DNA from: Pyrinomonadaceae bacterium | GTDB lineage: Bacteria; Acidobacteriota; Blastocatellia; Pyrinomonadales; Pyrinomonadaceae | Reading direction: 5' to 3' | Length of the DNA: 55,326 nt | Assembly: GCA_013817595.1 (NCBI GenBank) | Contig: JACDCK010000001.1 | Coordinates: 1-55,326 of the forward strand | Shown: piece by piece, positions 10,229 through 19,494 of the stretch | How positions within the stretch are numbered: the stretch's first letter is position 1 | Layout of the letters: every line of letters starts with the position of its first letter | Position numbers and translations under genes: made by a program | The notes under the pieces: generated by a model | Databases searched by the model: none | The model's input: only the letters and a program-made list of their open reading frames with translations | What the model was told of the DNA's origin: nothing

Positions 10229-10394
10229 CTCGGCGGTACCACTCAACTACGGAACCGAGGAGCGGTAGCGACCGGGTCTGGATGGCTATTCCTTGGCCCT
10301 GAATGGAACTCGAACCGAAGCCCTTTGAGATCGCGGTAAAACCGCGTTCTGCTGTTTCCCTACCTGAGTCAAATCGCAACAAGACCCGGTCGCT
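10229..10394. repeat. palindromic repeat element, family 'GCGGTAGCG/AGCGACCGG', copy A; possibly a structured RNA
   Basis: Perfect 12-bp long-range pairing GCGACCGGGTCT (10268-10279) / AGACCCGGTCGC (10382-10393) encloses 102 nt. That interior contains local hairpins, e.g. CGCGG-taaaa-CCGCG at 10332-10346. The blocks AGCGACCGG, GCGGTTTTAC and CCGGTCGCTACCGCT are shared with the element at 26008-26118 in opposite orientation. No convincing ORF. Confidence 0.55.
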
Positions 10395-10661
10395 CTGTAT
10401 AAGTCGCCTTATCAATAGAAGCCCTCACATTCATACTAACACACTACTTTCTCGTTTTCTGCTTTGCTTTTTCTTTTATGGTTGTGTAGCATGGCGGCAT
10501 TCCTTGCAGGACTTTCCATCATGGGTAAGTTTTCCCTCTCCTTAGAGTGGCCGCAACCTGCGAGAGTATTGATTGTCGATCCGAGTCAGCTCATCCCTTC
10601 CACTAATGTGCCTGGCGCGATCGGTTTAAACCCCGTCTTATGATCTTTGGAGGAAAATCAG

Positions 10662-11072
10662 GTGAATCGTAAACTTATCAGAACCACACTCGCGGAGGTA
10701 AAAGGAAAAGCACGCGAGACTCCGCAGCCTAGAGAGCGGACGAATGGAAGCCCCCACCGCGGTCCGAGTGGCGATGGTGGAAGGGAAGCGTCGCAGCGTG
10801 CCGCCCAGCAGGCTGCGGTTCAAGTACGTAAGCGGGTCCCCCCCCCGCTCGAGACCAACGCGGAAATCTTCTACTACAAGAAGCAAATCGACGCGCACAC
10901 TCTCATGGTCATTGTCCTACTCGACGGTGAAGAGATTGAAGGCACAATTGAGTGGTATGATCGAGGTGCATTAAAGGTGAACCGCCAGTCGGCACCCAAC
11001 CTTCTTGTCCTGAAGCGGAACGTCAAATACATGTACAAGGCCGACGAACGCGAAGAGCCAGCGGCGGAATAA
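10662..11072 (+). CDS. Sm-like (Hfq-like) RNA-binding protein with long basic N-terminal extension
   Basis: The C-terminal 70 aa read ETNAEIFYYKKQIDAHTLMVIVLLDGEEIEGTIEWYDRGALKVNRQSAPNLLVLKRNVKYMYK. By eye this matches the Sm1/Sm2 layout of Hfq (helix, V-V-L-nG-x-x-x-G-x-I-x-x-x-D, then v-x-K-x-x-I). GTG 10662 is preceded by GGAGGA (10649-10654). The track ORF starts 15 nt upstream at TTG. Confidence 0.6.
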   Translation: MNRKLIRTTLAEVKGKARETPQPRERTNGSPHRGPSGDGGREASQRAAQQAAVQVRKRVPPPLETNAEIFYYKKQIDAHTLMVIVLLDGEEIEGTIEWYDRGALKVNRQSAPNLLVLKRNVKYMYKADEREEPAAE

Positions 11073-11143
11073 GGAAGTTGAACTTACCGGTTTGACCCCT
11101 ACTCATCTTTCGTCCTCAGCCTCTACGCGCGTCGTCTCAACAA

Positions 11144-12211
11144 ATGAGACAGTTCGCCAATAGCTCATCCCACCTCGGCTATCGACCGAGGCGATCATTG
11201 CCACGCATCGGCATCACAATGGGTGATCCTGCCGGGATTGGTCCAGAGGTTGTTCTGAAGGCCGTTGCCGAGGAAGAGATCAGCCGCGTTTGTGCTCCTG
11301 TAATTATTGGTGACGCGCAGTTGCTGGCCCATACAGCCCGGACACTCGACTTGCAGTGTGGCTACGACATCGTCCGTCAGGGAGAACCACTGCCGGAAAA
11401 CCTCGCGGAGCCCGTCATTTTTCATCTTGATAATATCGGTGGATTCGTAGAACCGGGCATCGAATCGGGAGCGGCTGGGAAAGCTGCCGCGGGTTACATA
11501 GAAGCCGCCGTCGCGCTTTGTGCGGCGGGTAGTGTTGACGCGATCGCGACGGCCCCAATCAACAAGCGGGCGTTGTTCCTGGGAGGGTATAGCTTTCCTG
11601 GTCACACTGAGTTTCTCGCCCATCTCACGGGGAGCGAAGATTCGGCGATGGCCTTCGTGGCCGCGAGTCTCCGAATCGTGTTGTTGTCCACTCATGTTCC
11701 GCTGGCGGAAGCAATCGGACTGGTGGAGCGTGGCCGCATTATCCGAACCATCAATCTTGCACATCGTGAACTCCGACGATGGGGTATTGAACGCCCGCGA
11801 CTGGCGGTAGCGGCATTGAACCCGCACGGCGCGGAAGGAGGCCTGTTTGGCATGGAGGAGGCTTCGGAGATTGTTCCCGCTATCGAGGCATGCTACGGAG
11901 TTGATGACGTCAATGTGCGCGGACCCTTTCCTGCGGACACGGTTTTTTTACGCGCTTCGCGGGGCGAATTCGACGCGGTTATCGCCTGTTATCACGATCA
12001 AGCCATGATTCCAGTAAAATGTCTTTCTTTTGGAGAGGCTGTGAACGTTACTCTGGGATTGCCATTTATTCGCACCTCCGTCGATCATGGGACGGCATTC
12101 GACATAGCCGGCAAAGGTCTGGCTGAACATTCAAGTATGGTTGCTGCAATTAAGCTGGCGGCCGAGTTATCAACTCGCGCGGGCGAGAGTAGCCGCGCCG
12201 TGGAAGTCTAA
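11144..12211 (+). CDS. pdxA: 4-hydroxythreonine-4-phosphate dehydrogenase
   Basis: 355 aa. GDPAGIGPEV, FPGHTEFLA, NPHGAEGG, HDQAMIPVK and TSVDHGTAFDIAGKG motifs. Confidence 0.9.
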   Translation: MRQFANSSSHLGYRPRRSLPRIGITMGDPAGIGPEVVLKAVAEEEISRVCAPVIIGDAQLLAHTARTLDLQCGYDIVRQGEPLPENLAEPVIFHLDNIGGFVEPGIESGAAGKAAAGYIEAAVALCAAGSVDAIATAPINKRALFLGGYSFPGHTEFLAHLTGSEDSAMAFVAASLRIVLLSTHVPLAEAIGLVERGRIIRTINLAHRELRRWGIERPRLAVAALNPHGAEGGLFGMEEASEIVPAIEACYGVDDVNVRGPFPADTVFLRASRGEFDAVIACYHDQAMIPVKCLSFGEAVNVTLGLPFIRTSVDHGTAFDIAGKGLAEHSSMVAAIKLAAELSTRAGESSRAVEV

Positions 12212-12279
12212 CCCAGATCATGATGTAAATGCTTATCGGCGAAATCGGCGACTGACTTTTCGGCAGTCGCAAAGTTCAA

Positions 12280-13197
12280 ATGCGCTTTGTTGTTTTCCTA
12301 CGCCTGGGTCTGCTATTAATCCTCGCCATACTCACCGTTGAGGTGAGAGCGGACCTGAGCGCCAAGCAAGCCCGAAAACTCATCACCCGCATGGCAGGCG
12401 TTGAGCTTCCGATTAGTGCCGTTAGGGTGAAAAGAATCTCTTCAACCAGCAACTCTTCTGCTGAAGCCACAGCAGAGATCCATACTATCTTCCGGCTTGC
12501 AACAAATACGCAGGGGCTCTGGCGAGTAGCAGAGCTGCGCGTTGGCCAGGACAGGTGGGAAGAGCTTGTATCCGTGGCCGCCAGCCAGACTGAGATGTTA
12601 TTCAGCGCGTGTGATGGTCCACACCTGCGCAGCGGAGGTCCTGCGACTGAACTCAGCACGAAACGCGCGCGCTGTCTGATTGCCGCTGCTTTAGGTGTGC
12701 AACTTCCGTCCGATGCCGTTCGAATCAAGACCGTATCTCCGCTCGAATTGCCGTTAGCCTCACGACCCTCAGCAGTTGTTGAGTCCTTAATTACCGCAGA
12801 GCTCCGTTTTGCGCGGGACAAGGGCGGCTGGGTGGTCGCGGCGCTGCGTACCGGCAATCGCGACTGGATCAGTCCCGAGGCCCTGGTCGCGGCCGCAAAT
12901 GAGACCAAAAGGAAGCAGGCACGTGCGGAAATGGACGCGATGGTCCGGGCCCTGGTCGGGTTTCAAACCGAGCGCCAATCCTATGTTGCTTCAGACTCAC
13001 ACGCAGTTCTCATCGATCATCTCAGCCCCCGTTTCCTTTCTCGTGTGATCCGCCTTGACCCCTGGCACGAGCCCTACCGATACCGCGGAGAGCGCAGTAA
13101 CTTCACTTTGCGTTCTCTGGGTGCCGATCGCAAAGAAAACACGGTCGATGATATTGTAGTTTCTAGCCCTCTGACCATCGACGGCCAAAGGCCTTGA
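12280..13197 (+). CDS. secreted hypothetical protein: two tandem ~90-aa repeats plus a T2SS GspG-like C-terminal domain
   Basis: Signal-peptide-like N-terminus (MRFVVFLRLGLLLILAILTVEVRA). Internal duplication: SAKQARKLITRMAGVELPISAVRVKRIS...WRVAELRVGQDRW versus STKRARCLIAAALGVQLPSDAVRIKTVS...WVVAALRTGNRDW. The C-terminus LDPWHEPYRYRGERSNFTLRSLGADRKENTVDDIVV resembles the pseudopilin G globular domain (DPWG-x-Y-x-Y ... SLGADG ... DDI). Confidence 0.6.
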   Translation: MRFVVFLRLGLLLILAILTVEVRADLSAKQARKLITRMAGVELPISAVRVKRISSTSNSSAEATAEIHTIFRLATNTQGLWRVAELRVGQDRWEELVSVAASQTEMLFSACDGPHLRSGGPATELSTKRARCLIAAALGVQLPSDAVRIKTVSPLELPLASRPSAVVESLITAELRFARDKGGWVVAALRTGNRDWISPEALVAAANETKRKQARAEMDAMVRALVGFQTERQSYVASDSHAVLIDHLSPRFLSRVIRLDPWHEPYRYRGERSNFTLRSLGADRKENTVDDIVVSSPLTIDGQRP

Positions 13198-13352
13198 AAA
13201 CAAAACCAAAACACTTGACTGCGCTTCCCGTGGGTGTTAGGTTTCAAACTGGTCTCGCTTCCAGGGCCGCGACGCAACATAGCAACATGCCTTGCGCCAA
13301 CTGTGAAACCGCTCCTGACGCCACCAGTGGGCGCTGACTTTAGCTAAGGAAT

Positions 13353-14636
13353 TTGCCTTTGTTAGCTGGGCGCAAACTACTACTTGCCGACGATTCAATC
13401 ACAATCCAGAAAGTTGTAGCACTCACGTTTGCCGACGAAGGCGTCGAGGTCGTGACTGTGAGTGACGGCCATGAAGCGATTGAACAACTCCAAGGAATTA
13501 CGCCCGACATCGTGCTTGCGGACGTCTTCATGCCGGAAGTCAACGGTTATGAAGTTTGTAGGTACATCAAACAAAATGCGAAGCTAAAACATATTCCTGT
13601 CATGCTGCTGGTAGGCTCTTTTGAGCCGTTCGACGAAGCGGAGGCGCGCAGAGTTGGCGCGGACGATATCTTGACCAAGCCCTTTCAATCCATTCGACGC
13701 TTGATAGACAAGGTTGGCGGACTAGTAGGTAGTAAGCCGGCTGATGAAGCGTCAACTGCGGAATTACCTCCCGTTCGAGAAGAAGATGCCGAGCCTGAGA
13801 AGCTGAGCACCGAGGAGCTGGAGATCACCACCGCCGACACCCAGCCGTTGCCGGTAGCAGAGAAGCATCCAGACTACCCCGCGTATCAGCCAGCGGCGGC
13901 GGTGCAGCAATCAGACTACCGCTCCTATGAGCCGGTTGTGGAAACACAGCTTCCCCAGGATGTGAAACGAGAGAACTTCCGAGAAAGTCAAATTATTGAT
14001 AGTCGCAGTACTGAATTGCGAAATGAGAGCACACAGGATGCGAGCGATGTGTTGTTAGACCTGGGTGACATCGGCCGGAGTCCTACGGCCGCTTCCGACG
14101 ACTTTGTTTTGGATCTAGATTTTGATGAGCCCCAGTCGGCCCCGGCTCTCGGGGCCGCGGCTGTATCCGGAAGTCATTCCTTCGTTGAGCCTCAGCTGTC
14201 ACGGCCGAGTGATGCAGCTAGGGAAGTGGCCCAGACCGAGCCGGCGCTTTCAACTGCAGGGGAGACGTCGGAGCTTGTATATCGTCAGCATGGACTACCG
14301 TCGACTAGTGGGAAATCCGCTCCGGCGACGGATCAGAAGTTTGTCGACACTCAGGAATGGAAGCGCGAAAGCCCGGGTTCAACGTCGGATGACTTGAAGT
14401 CTAAAGCAAAGGCTGGCAGCGGCGAACGAGTGACGGATGAACCGGGCGAAGTTGCAACCATCGCCAGACCGATCGGCCCGGTGAGTCTTGAGCAGGTGTC
14501 GCCGGAAGTGATCGACGCAATAGCACGCCGTGCAGTGGAACAACTCTCGGCCCGGGTCGTGCAGGAGATAGCCTGGGAAGTGGTCCCGCAGCTCGCGCAA
14601 CTCCTGATCAAGCGTAAGCTGGAAGAGAACCAGTAG
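13353..14636 (+). CDS. response regulator (receiver domain) with acidic disordered linker and conserved helical C-terminal module
   Basis: REC motifs LLADDS, phospho-acceptor context VLADVFMPEVNG, and TKPF. About 250 aa of acidic low-complexity sequence follow. The C-terminus is SPEVIDAIARRAVEQLSARVVQEIAWEVVPQLAQLLIKRKLEE. TTG start after AAGGA. Confidence 0.85.
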   Translation: MPLLAGRKLLLADDSITIQKVVALTFADEGVEVVTVSDGHEAIEQLQGITPDIVLADVFMPEVNGYEVCRYIKQNAKLKHIPVMLLVGSFEPFDEAEARRVGADDILTKPFQSIRRLIDKVGGLVGSKPADEASTAELPPVREEDAEPEKLSTEELEITTADTQPLPVAEKHPDYPAYQPAAAVQQSDYRSYEPVVETQLPQDVKRENFRESQIIDSRSTELRNESTQDASDVLLDLGDIGRSPTAASDDFVLDLDFDEPQSAPALGAAAVSGSHSFVEPQLSRPSDAAREVAQTEPALSTAGETSELVYRQHGLPSTSGKSAPATDQKFVDTQEWKRESPGSTSDDLKSKAKAGSGERVTDEPGEVATIARPIGPVSLEQVSPEVIDAIARRAVEQLSARVVQEIAWEVVPQLAQLLIKRKLEENQ

Positions 14637-14674
14637 CAGCCCAAGTAGCGGACCGAAGAACGACTAGACGATTG

Positions 14675-14713
14675 AGCAGGCGTTGGCGGCAACGGCCTGC
14701 TTGATTTGTTTCT
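14675..14713 (+). terminator. rho-independent terminator after the response-regulator gene
   Basis: AGCAGGC (14675-14681) pairs with GCCTGCT (14695-14701). An inner GTTG/CAAC extension adds to the stem. The hairpin is followed by TGATTTGTTTCT. Confidence 0.6.
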
Positions 14714-14850
14714 GGCTGTCGTCAGTGGCCGATTGTATTCGTCGCCGGGTGAAATAACCCTGTGATTCCCTTACAATGACTTGTCAGATCAAGAACTCGT
14801 TAACGATCTAAGTGGATTTCTGACTACTCGACGGACTACTTCAACTGACA

Positions 14851-17541
14851 ATGGATATCCCTAAACAATACGACCCCAGGGAAGCTGAGCAACATCACTA
14901 TGCGCGATGGGAGCAGGAAGGCTACTTTGCTCCCGAGATCAATTGCGACCCCCAGGCAACAGTCTTCTCTATTGTGATTCCTCCGCCCAATGTTACTGGT
15001 TCGCTGCACATGGGCCATGCACTCCAACACACGATGATGGACGTGCTCACCCGCTACAAGCGAATGTGTGGGTTCCGCACGTTGTGGCTTCCCGGAATGG
15101 ATCATGCCGGCATCTCGACCCAGTTGATGGTCTCCCGCGAATTGAAAAAGGAAGGTGTGTCGCGTCACGATCTCGGACGCGCAAAATTTGTTGAGCGCGT
15201 CTGGAAATGGAAGAGCGAGTCGGGGGGACAAATCACGAAGCAGATGCGGCGCGAAGGCGCGTCGGTCGATTGGTCGCGCGAGAAGTTTACGATGGATGAG
15301 GATTTGTCGCGCGCTGTTCGGGAAGTGTTTGTGAGTCTTTACGAAGAAGGATTGATTTATCGAGGGAATCGCATTGTGAACTGGTGTCCCAACGACCAGA
15401 CCGTGCTTTCCGATCTCGAAGTGCAAAAGGATCCACAACCGGGAAAGCTCTACTATCTCCGTTACCCTGCAAAAAACGGCAAAGGCGGCGTCACCGTAGC
15501 GACCACTCGGCCGGAAACAATGCTTGGGGATACGGCTGTGGCGGTAAACCCGAATGACGAACGCTATCGCAACCTCATTGGCGCGACACTGTTGCTCCCG
15601 CTCACTGGCCGCGAAATTCCGGTAGTCGCGGACGAGTTTGTCGATCCTCAATTTGGAACAGGCGCGGTTAAGGTTACGCCTGCCCACGATCCCAACGACT
15701 ACGAGATGGGCTTGCGACACAGTCTCGCGCAAGTCGTGGTTATCGACCCGCAGGCAAGGATGACAGAAGCCGCCGGCTCAGACTTCGCAGGACTGGATCG
15801 ATACAAGGCTCGGCAGAAGGTGGTTGCGGAATTTGAGGAGTTGGGATTGCTCGAGAAGGTGGATGATTACGAGTTCTCGATCTCCAAGTGCGAACGATGT
15901 AAAACCGTGATTGAGCCTTTGATATCGCTGCAGTGGTTTTGTCGGATGGATAAGCTGCGCGACCTGGCGCTCGACTTGATGGTCAGGGAGAAGAAGCCTC
16001 ACTTTGTTCCCGAACTGCCTTACGAGAAAGTTTATACCGACTGGCTGGAGAATCTGCGCGACTGGACTATCTCGCGCCAACTGTGGTGGGGACACCAAAT
16101 TCCCGCGTGGTACACGAAAGACGGAAAGCTCGTGGTCGCTTGTTCATATGAAGAAGCCTGTGCTAGAGCCGGAACCGATGAGTTAACCCAGGACCAGGAT
16201 GTGCTGGACACGTGGTTTTCTTCCGCGCTCTGGCCTTTCTCGACACTGGGCTGGCCTGAAGAAACTGAGGACCTGAAAACTTTTTATCCCACCTCGGTGC
16301 TGGTTACAGCCCGCGACATCATATTTCTGTGGGTCTCGCGGATGGTGATGATGGGAATGAAGTTCATGGGCCAGCGTCCATTCGACGACGTGTTCGTCAC
16401 GGGGACCATTCTCGACAAAGACGGCCAGCGCATGTCAAAGACGAAGATGAATGGTGTTGACCCGCTCGAGGTTTTCGATAATTACGGGGTAGACGCCACC
16501 CGCATCATGCTGGCTTCCGTGGGCAGCACTGACACTCGCTGGAACGAGAAGCAGGTAGAGTCCTATCGCAACTTTGCCAACAAGATCTGGAATGCAGCAC
16601 GATTCTGCCTGATGAATTCAGAGGGAGCAGCTGTTGAGCCAGAGAGTCTGCGGGCCGGAGGACAAGAGCTGGCTCTGCACGATCGTTGGATACTATCTCG
16701 CTTGAACAAGACCACGGGCGATATGCATGAGGCGCTTTCCGGTTATCAGTTCCACGAGGCGGTGCGAACGCTGTATCACTTTTTCTGGAACGACTTCTGC
16801 GACTGGTACATTGAACTGACCAAAACGGAGGTCACGGCTGAGGAGGCTACGACGCGACGGACTGAAGCTCGAACGCGCCTCTTGACCGTCCTTGAGCAGG
16901 CGTTGCGGCTACTGCATCCCTTCATGCCGTACATTACCGAGGAGTTGTGGCAACGTTTGCCTGGTGCCGATGCAAAGCTGCTTAACAAGACTTACGCAGG
17001 CGCTTCGCCGACAATCATGCTCACCGCTTATCCGCTGAGCGCGACCGAGTTGATCGACGAGGAGGCCGAATGGGAGATGCAAGCGGTAATCGAGCTGATT
17101 TCGAGAGTACGTAATATCCGTTCGGAAATGAATATCAAGCCGGGTGAACGCGTCCCGATCCTGATTAGCTCTCCCGATGAGAAGTTAAGGAGAGTGTTTT
17201 CCGCGAGCGTCGACCAGATCTCCAGATTGGCGCGGGCGTCCGACGTTTCGATCAACGATCAACTGAATGCACCGCGAGCCTCTGCCCGGGCTGTACTGGT
17301 GGGCGGTGCGGAAGTAGCTATTCCACTCGAAGGTCTTATTGATTTTGAACAAGAGCGCCAGCGACTGCGGAAGGAGCAGGACAAACTCCAGGCGGAGGCA
17401 AGCAAGCTTGAGGCACAGCTGGGTAATGCAAACTTCGTCGAACGAGCGCCGGAAGAGAAAGTTAAGGAAGTGCGGGCTCGCATCACTGATATTTTGCAAC
17501 GTTCGACGCAACTCAAACAGACAATCGAGAACCTGCAATGA
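14851..17541 (+). CDS. valS: valine--tRNA ligase
   Basis: 896 aa. Class I HIGH region [19 protein letters not shown]-type RMSKTK, a CP1 editing-domain-sized insertion, and a C-terminal coiled coil ([24 protein letters not shown]). Confidence 0.97.
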   Translation: MDIPKQYDPREAEQHHYARWEQEGYFAPEINCDPQATVFSIVIPPPNVTGSLHMGHALQHTMMDVLTRYKRMCGFRTLWLPGMDHAGISTQLMVSRELKKEGVSRHDLGRAKFVERVWKWKSESGGQITKQMRREGASVDWSREKFTMDEDLSRAVREVFVSLYEEGLIYRGNRIVNWCPNDQTVLSDLEVQKDPQPGKLYYLRYPAKNGKGGVTVATTRPETMLGDTAVAVNPNDERYRNLIGATLLLPLTGREIPVVADEFVDPQFGTGAVKVTPAHDPNDYEMGLRHSLAQVVVIDPQARMTEAAGSDFAGLDRYKARQKVVAEFEELGLLEKVDDYEFSISKCERCKTVIEPLISLQWFCRMDKLRDLALDLMVREKKPHFVPELPYEKVYTDWLENLRDWTISRQLWWGHQIPAWYTKDGKLVVACSYEEACARAGTDELTQDQDVLDTWFSSALWPFSTLGWPEETEDLKTFYPTSVLVTARDIIFLWVSRMVMMGMKFMGQRPFDDVFVTGTILDKDGQRMSKTKMNGVDPLEVFDNYGVDATRIMLASVGSTDTRWNEKQVESYRNFANKIWNAARFCLMNSEGAAVEPESLRAGGQELALHDRWILSRLNKTTGDMHEALSGYQFHEAVRTLYHFFWNDFCDWYIELTKTEVTAEEATTRRTEARTRLLTVLEQALRLLHPFMPYITEELWQRLPGADAKLLNKTYAGASPTIMLTAYPLSATELIDEEAEWEMQAVIELISRVRNIRSEMNIKPGERVPILISSPDEKLRRVFSASVDQISRLARASDVSINDQLNAPRASARAVLVGGAEVAIPLEGLIDFEQERQRLRKEQDKLQAEASKLEAQLGNANFVERAPEEKVKEVRARITDILQRSTQLKQTIENLQ

Positions 17542-18392
17542 ACTGGCTAGACGAAGGCGCGCTCTATTCTCAGATTTCCGTCTTCCTGCGCGAAAACCTT
17601 GGCCGAGGCGACCTCACGAGCCAGGCGATAGTGGCGCGTAACACGCGCGCCCGCGGTCGCTTCGTCGCGCGGGAAAAAATGATTGTCGCGGGACTGGAGG
17701 CGGCCGAGGAAGTTTTCATTTCCCTGGACTCCCAGCCTCAGCTCGAAGCCTTCGTCGCCGATGGCGAGGAAATCGAAGCGGGCAAGGTGATTGCGCGCAT
17801 GGTCGGGTTCGCCGACGTGCTGCTTGCGGGTGAGCACGTTGCTTTGAACCTGCTGCAGCGACTCTCCGCCGTGGCCACTCTGACTAATCAGTTTGTCCGC
17901 GCAGTTGAGGGCACCGGCGCCGCCATCGTCGATTCCCTTGACACCACGCCGGGGATGCGAATGCTGGAGAGGTATGCCGTGCTTCTCGGTGGCGGGCGTT
18001 GCAGTTGCCTGGGCCTGGATGACGGTGTGCTAATCACGTCTAACCACCTCGCGATTGCGGGCGGGGTGGCTGATGCTGTTAGAAACGCCAAAGAGAAACT
18101 TGGTCATCTCCACAAGATCAAAGTTCAAATTTCGAGCGAGATCGATCTGCAAGAGGCAATTAGCAATGGGGCCGACATTCTCTTGCTTGAAGGCCTGCCC
18201 GCCGAAGAAGTAGCGCGCCTGGGGGCTGTGGCAAGGAACCTCTCATCGTTAGTGAGCATTGAGTGTTCCGGCAACATCACGCTGCTAAATGTGCGTGCTT
18301 ATGCTGAGGCTGGCGCAAACACGATCAGCATCAGCGCGCTCACGAACTCAGCGCGGGCGATGAAGGTGACTTTTCAGATCCAGCCATTTTGA
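17538..18392 (+). CDS. nicotinate-nucleotide pyrophosphorylase (NadC/ModD)-family homolog with degenerate active-site motifs
   Basis: 284 aa with overall QPRTase layout (GRGDLTS..., [62 protein letters not shown]). Canonical catalytic motifs are replaced (see finding). The ATG overlaps the valS stop (ATGA at 17538-17541). Confidence 0.8.
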   Translation: MNWLDEGALYSQISVFLRENLGRGDLTSQAIVARNTRARGRFVAREKMIVAGLEAAEEVFISLDSQPQLEAFVADGEEIEAGKVIARMVGFADVLLAGEHVALNLLQRLSAVATLTNQFVRAVEGTGAAIVDSLDTTPGMRMLERYAVLLGGGRCSCLGLDDGVLITSNHLAIAGGVADAVRNAKEKLGHLHKIKVQISSEIDLQEAISNGADILLLEGLPAEEVARLGAVARNLSSLVSIECSGNITLLNVRAYAEAGANTISISALTNSARAMKVTFQIQPF

Positions 18393-18566
18393 TGCTGAGG
18401 ATTCTGGGAAATTAGCGATGGGTGGAGGGTAGGCGAGGCGGCCGGGAGCATCAGTTTAAGGAACTGGAAGGCTGCCCTGACGTGTCAACTGCGCATCTTC
18501 TCGAGCTTGAACCCATCGCCTCAGAGGGCGTATCTTAGGCCGTGATAGGGACACTGAGGAGTTCTG

Positions 18567-19364
18567 ATGCAAAGTCAATTTATTCGTAAGACCACGTTTC
18601 TCGTTGCTGTTTTAGTGGCTATCAGCTTTTGTTTGATTGATGCCGAGGCCCAGACGCGCAAAAAGCGGCGCCCGCGTCGCGCCGTCCGACCGGTTATCAC
18701 CAATCCGGTAATAACTGCCGCCGAAGAGCAAAAAGTGCCTGAGAATCGCGACAAAATCATCAGTACCGCGGACGAAACCCCGGACGCGGGGGCCGACGAA
18801 ACGACTCAAACCTCCGAGACCAAGCCAAAGAAAGGTAAGACCGCGGCAAAACCGGCAGCCGATGCCGAGGATATACAGCAGACGATCAATAGCCTCTCCA
18901 ATCAAGTTAACAGGCTAAACGACAAACTAAGTCAGATGCAGGAAACGGACCATGCTTTGATGGACATGGAGCGGCTTTCTCGGGCCGAACAGCGTGCGGA
19001 GACTCTGAGATCGCAGCAAGTCGACGTTGAGAGTAAGCTGGCCGATTTGCAGTCGAAATTGGAGGAGACCGAGTATCAACTAAAACCGGAGAATATTGAG
19101 CGAGGGATGGCGACCTTTGGCTCCACGCGTCCCGAAGAAGCGCGAGAGGCGCGGCGGCGGAAACTTGAGAGCGATAGATCTCGACTCCTGGCACAAATGA
19201 AAATTCTGGAAACCAGCCGGGTACGGCTGGAATCCGCAGTGGCAACGGCGGATGCGGAAGTAGACCTGCTGCGCCGTCGTTTAGAGTTGCGACGAGCGCA
19301 GGAAAGCACCTCGCTAGAGCCAACCGAATCACGCCCCGCGAACAATCGACGAAAGCCGGAGTAG
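18567..19364 (+). CDS. secreted coiled-coil protein, function unknown
   Basis: 265 aa. GAGGAG SD at 18555-18560. Signal peptide FLVAVLVAISFCLIDAEAQ, a basic stretch RKKRRPRRAVRP, then heptad-rich Q/E/R/L sequence. Confidence 0.6.
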   Translation: MQSQFIRKTTFLVAVLVAISFCLIDAEAQTRKKRRPRRAVRPVITNPVITAAEEQKVPENRDKIISTADETPDAGADETTQTSETKPKKGKTAAKPAADAEDIQQTINSLSNQVNRLNDKLSQMQETDHALMDMERLSRAEQRAETLRSQQVDVESKLADLQSKLEETEYQLKPENIERGMATFGSTRPEEAREARRRKLESDRSRLLAQMKILETSRVRLESAVATADAEVDLLRRRLELRRAQESTSLEPTESRPANNRRKPE

Positions 19365-19494
19365 TTAGCGACCACATTCAAGCAAGCCAGTCCACAAGGA
19401 CGGCTCAAGGTCGGCTAACTTGCAGGTTAGGAAGGGTGGCTTGCCCCCGCTCGAGCGCCAGCGGCGCGACTGGTTGAGTAAAGGGCAGTGACTC

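Noticed and set aside
10296-10330. tRNA-like T-arm string (reverse complement ...CTTCGGTTCGAGTTCC...) suggesting a minus-strand tRNA or tRNA fragment.
   Set aside because: I could not build a cloverleaf. The putative T-stem does not pair, there is no acceptor stem complement, and the nearby CGCGG-TTTTA-CCGCG hairpin has a 5-nt loop rather than a 7-nt anticodon loop.
10350-10375. Reverse-strand string UCAGGUAGGGAAACAGCAG, which resembles the SRP RNA domain IV consensus (CAGGUCCGGAAGGAAGCAGC).
   Set aside because: The tetraloop-closing pairs and the symmetric-loop geometry are not reproduced, and the surrounding sequence does not form the long SRP hairpin. It more likely belongs to the repeat element. 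cmscan would settle this.
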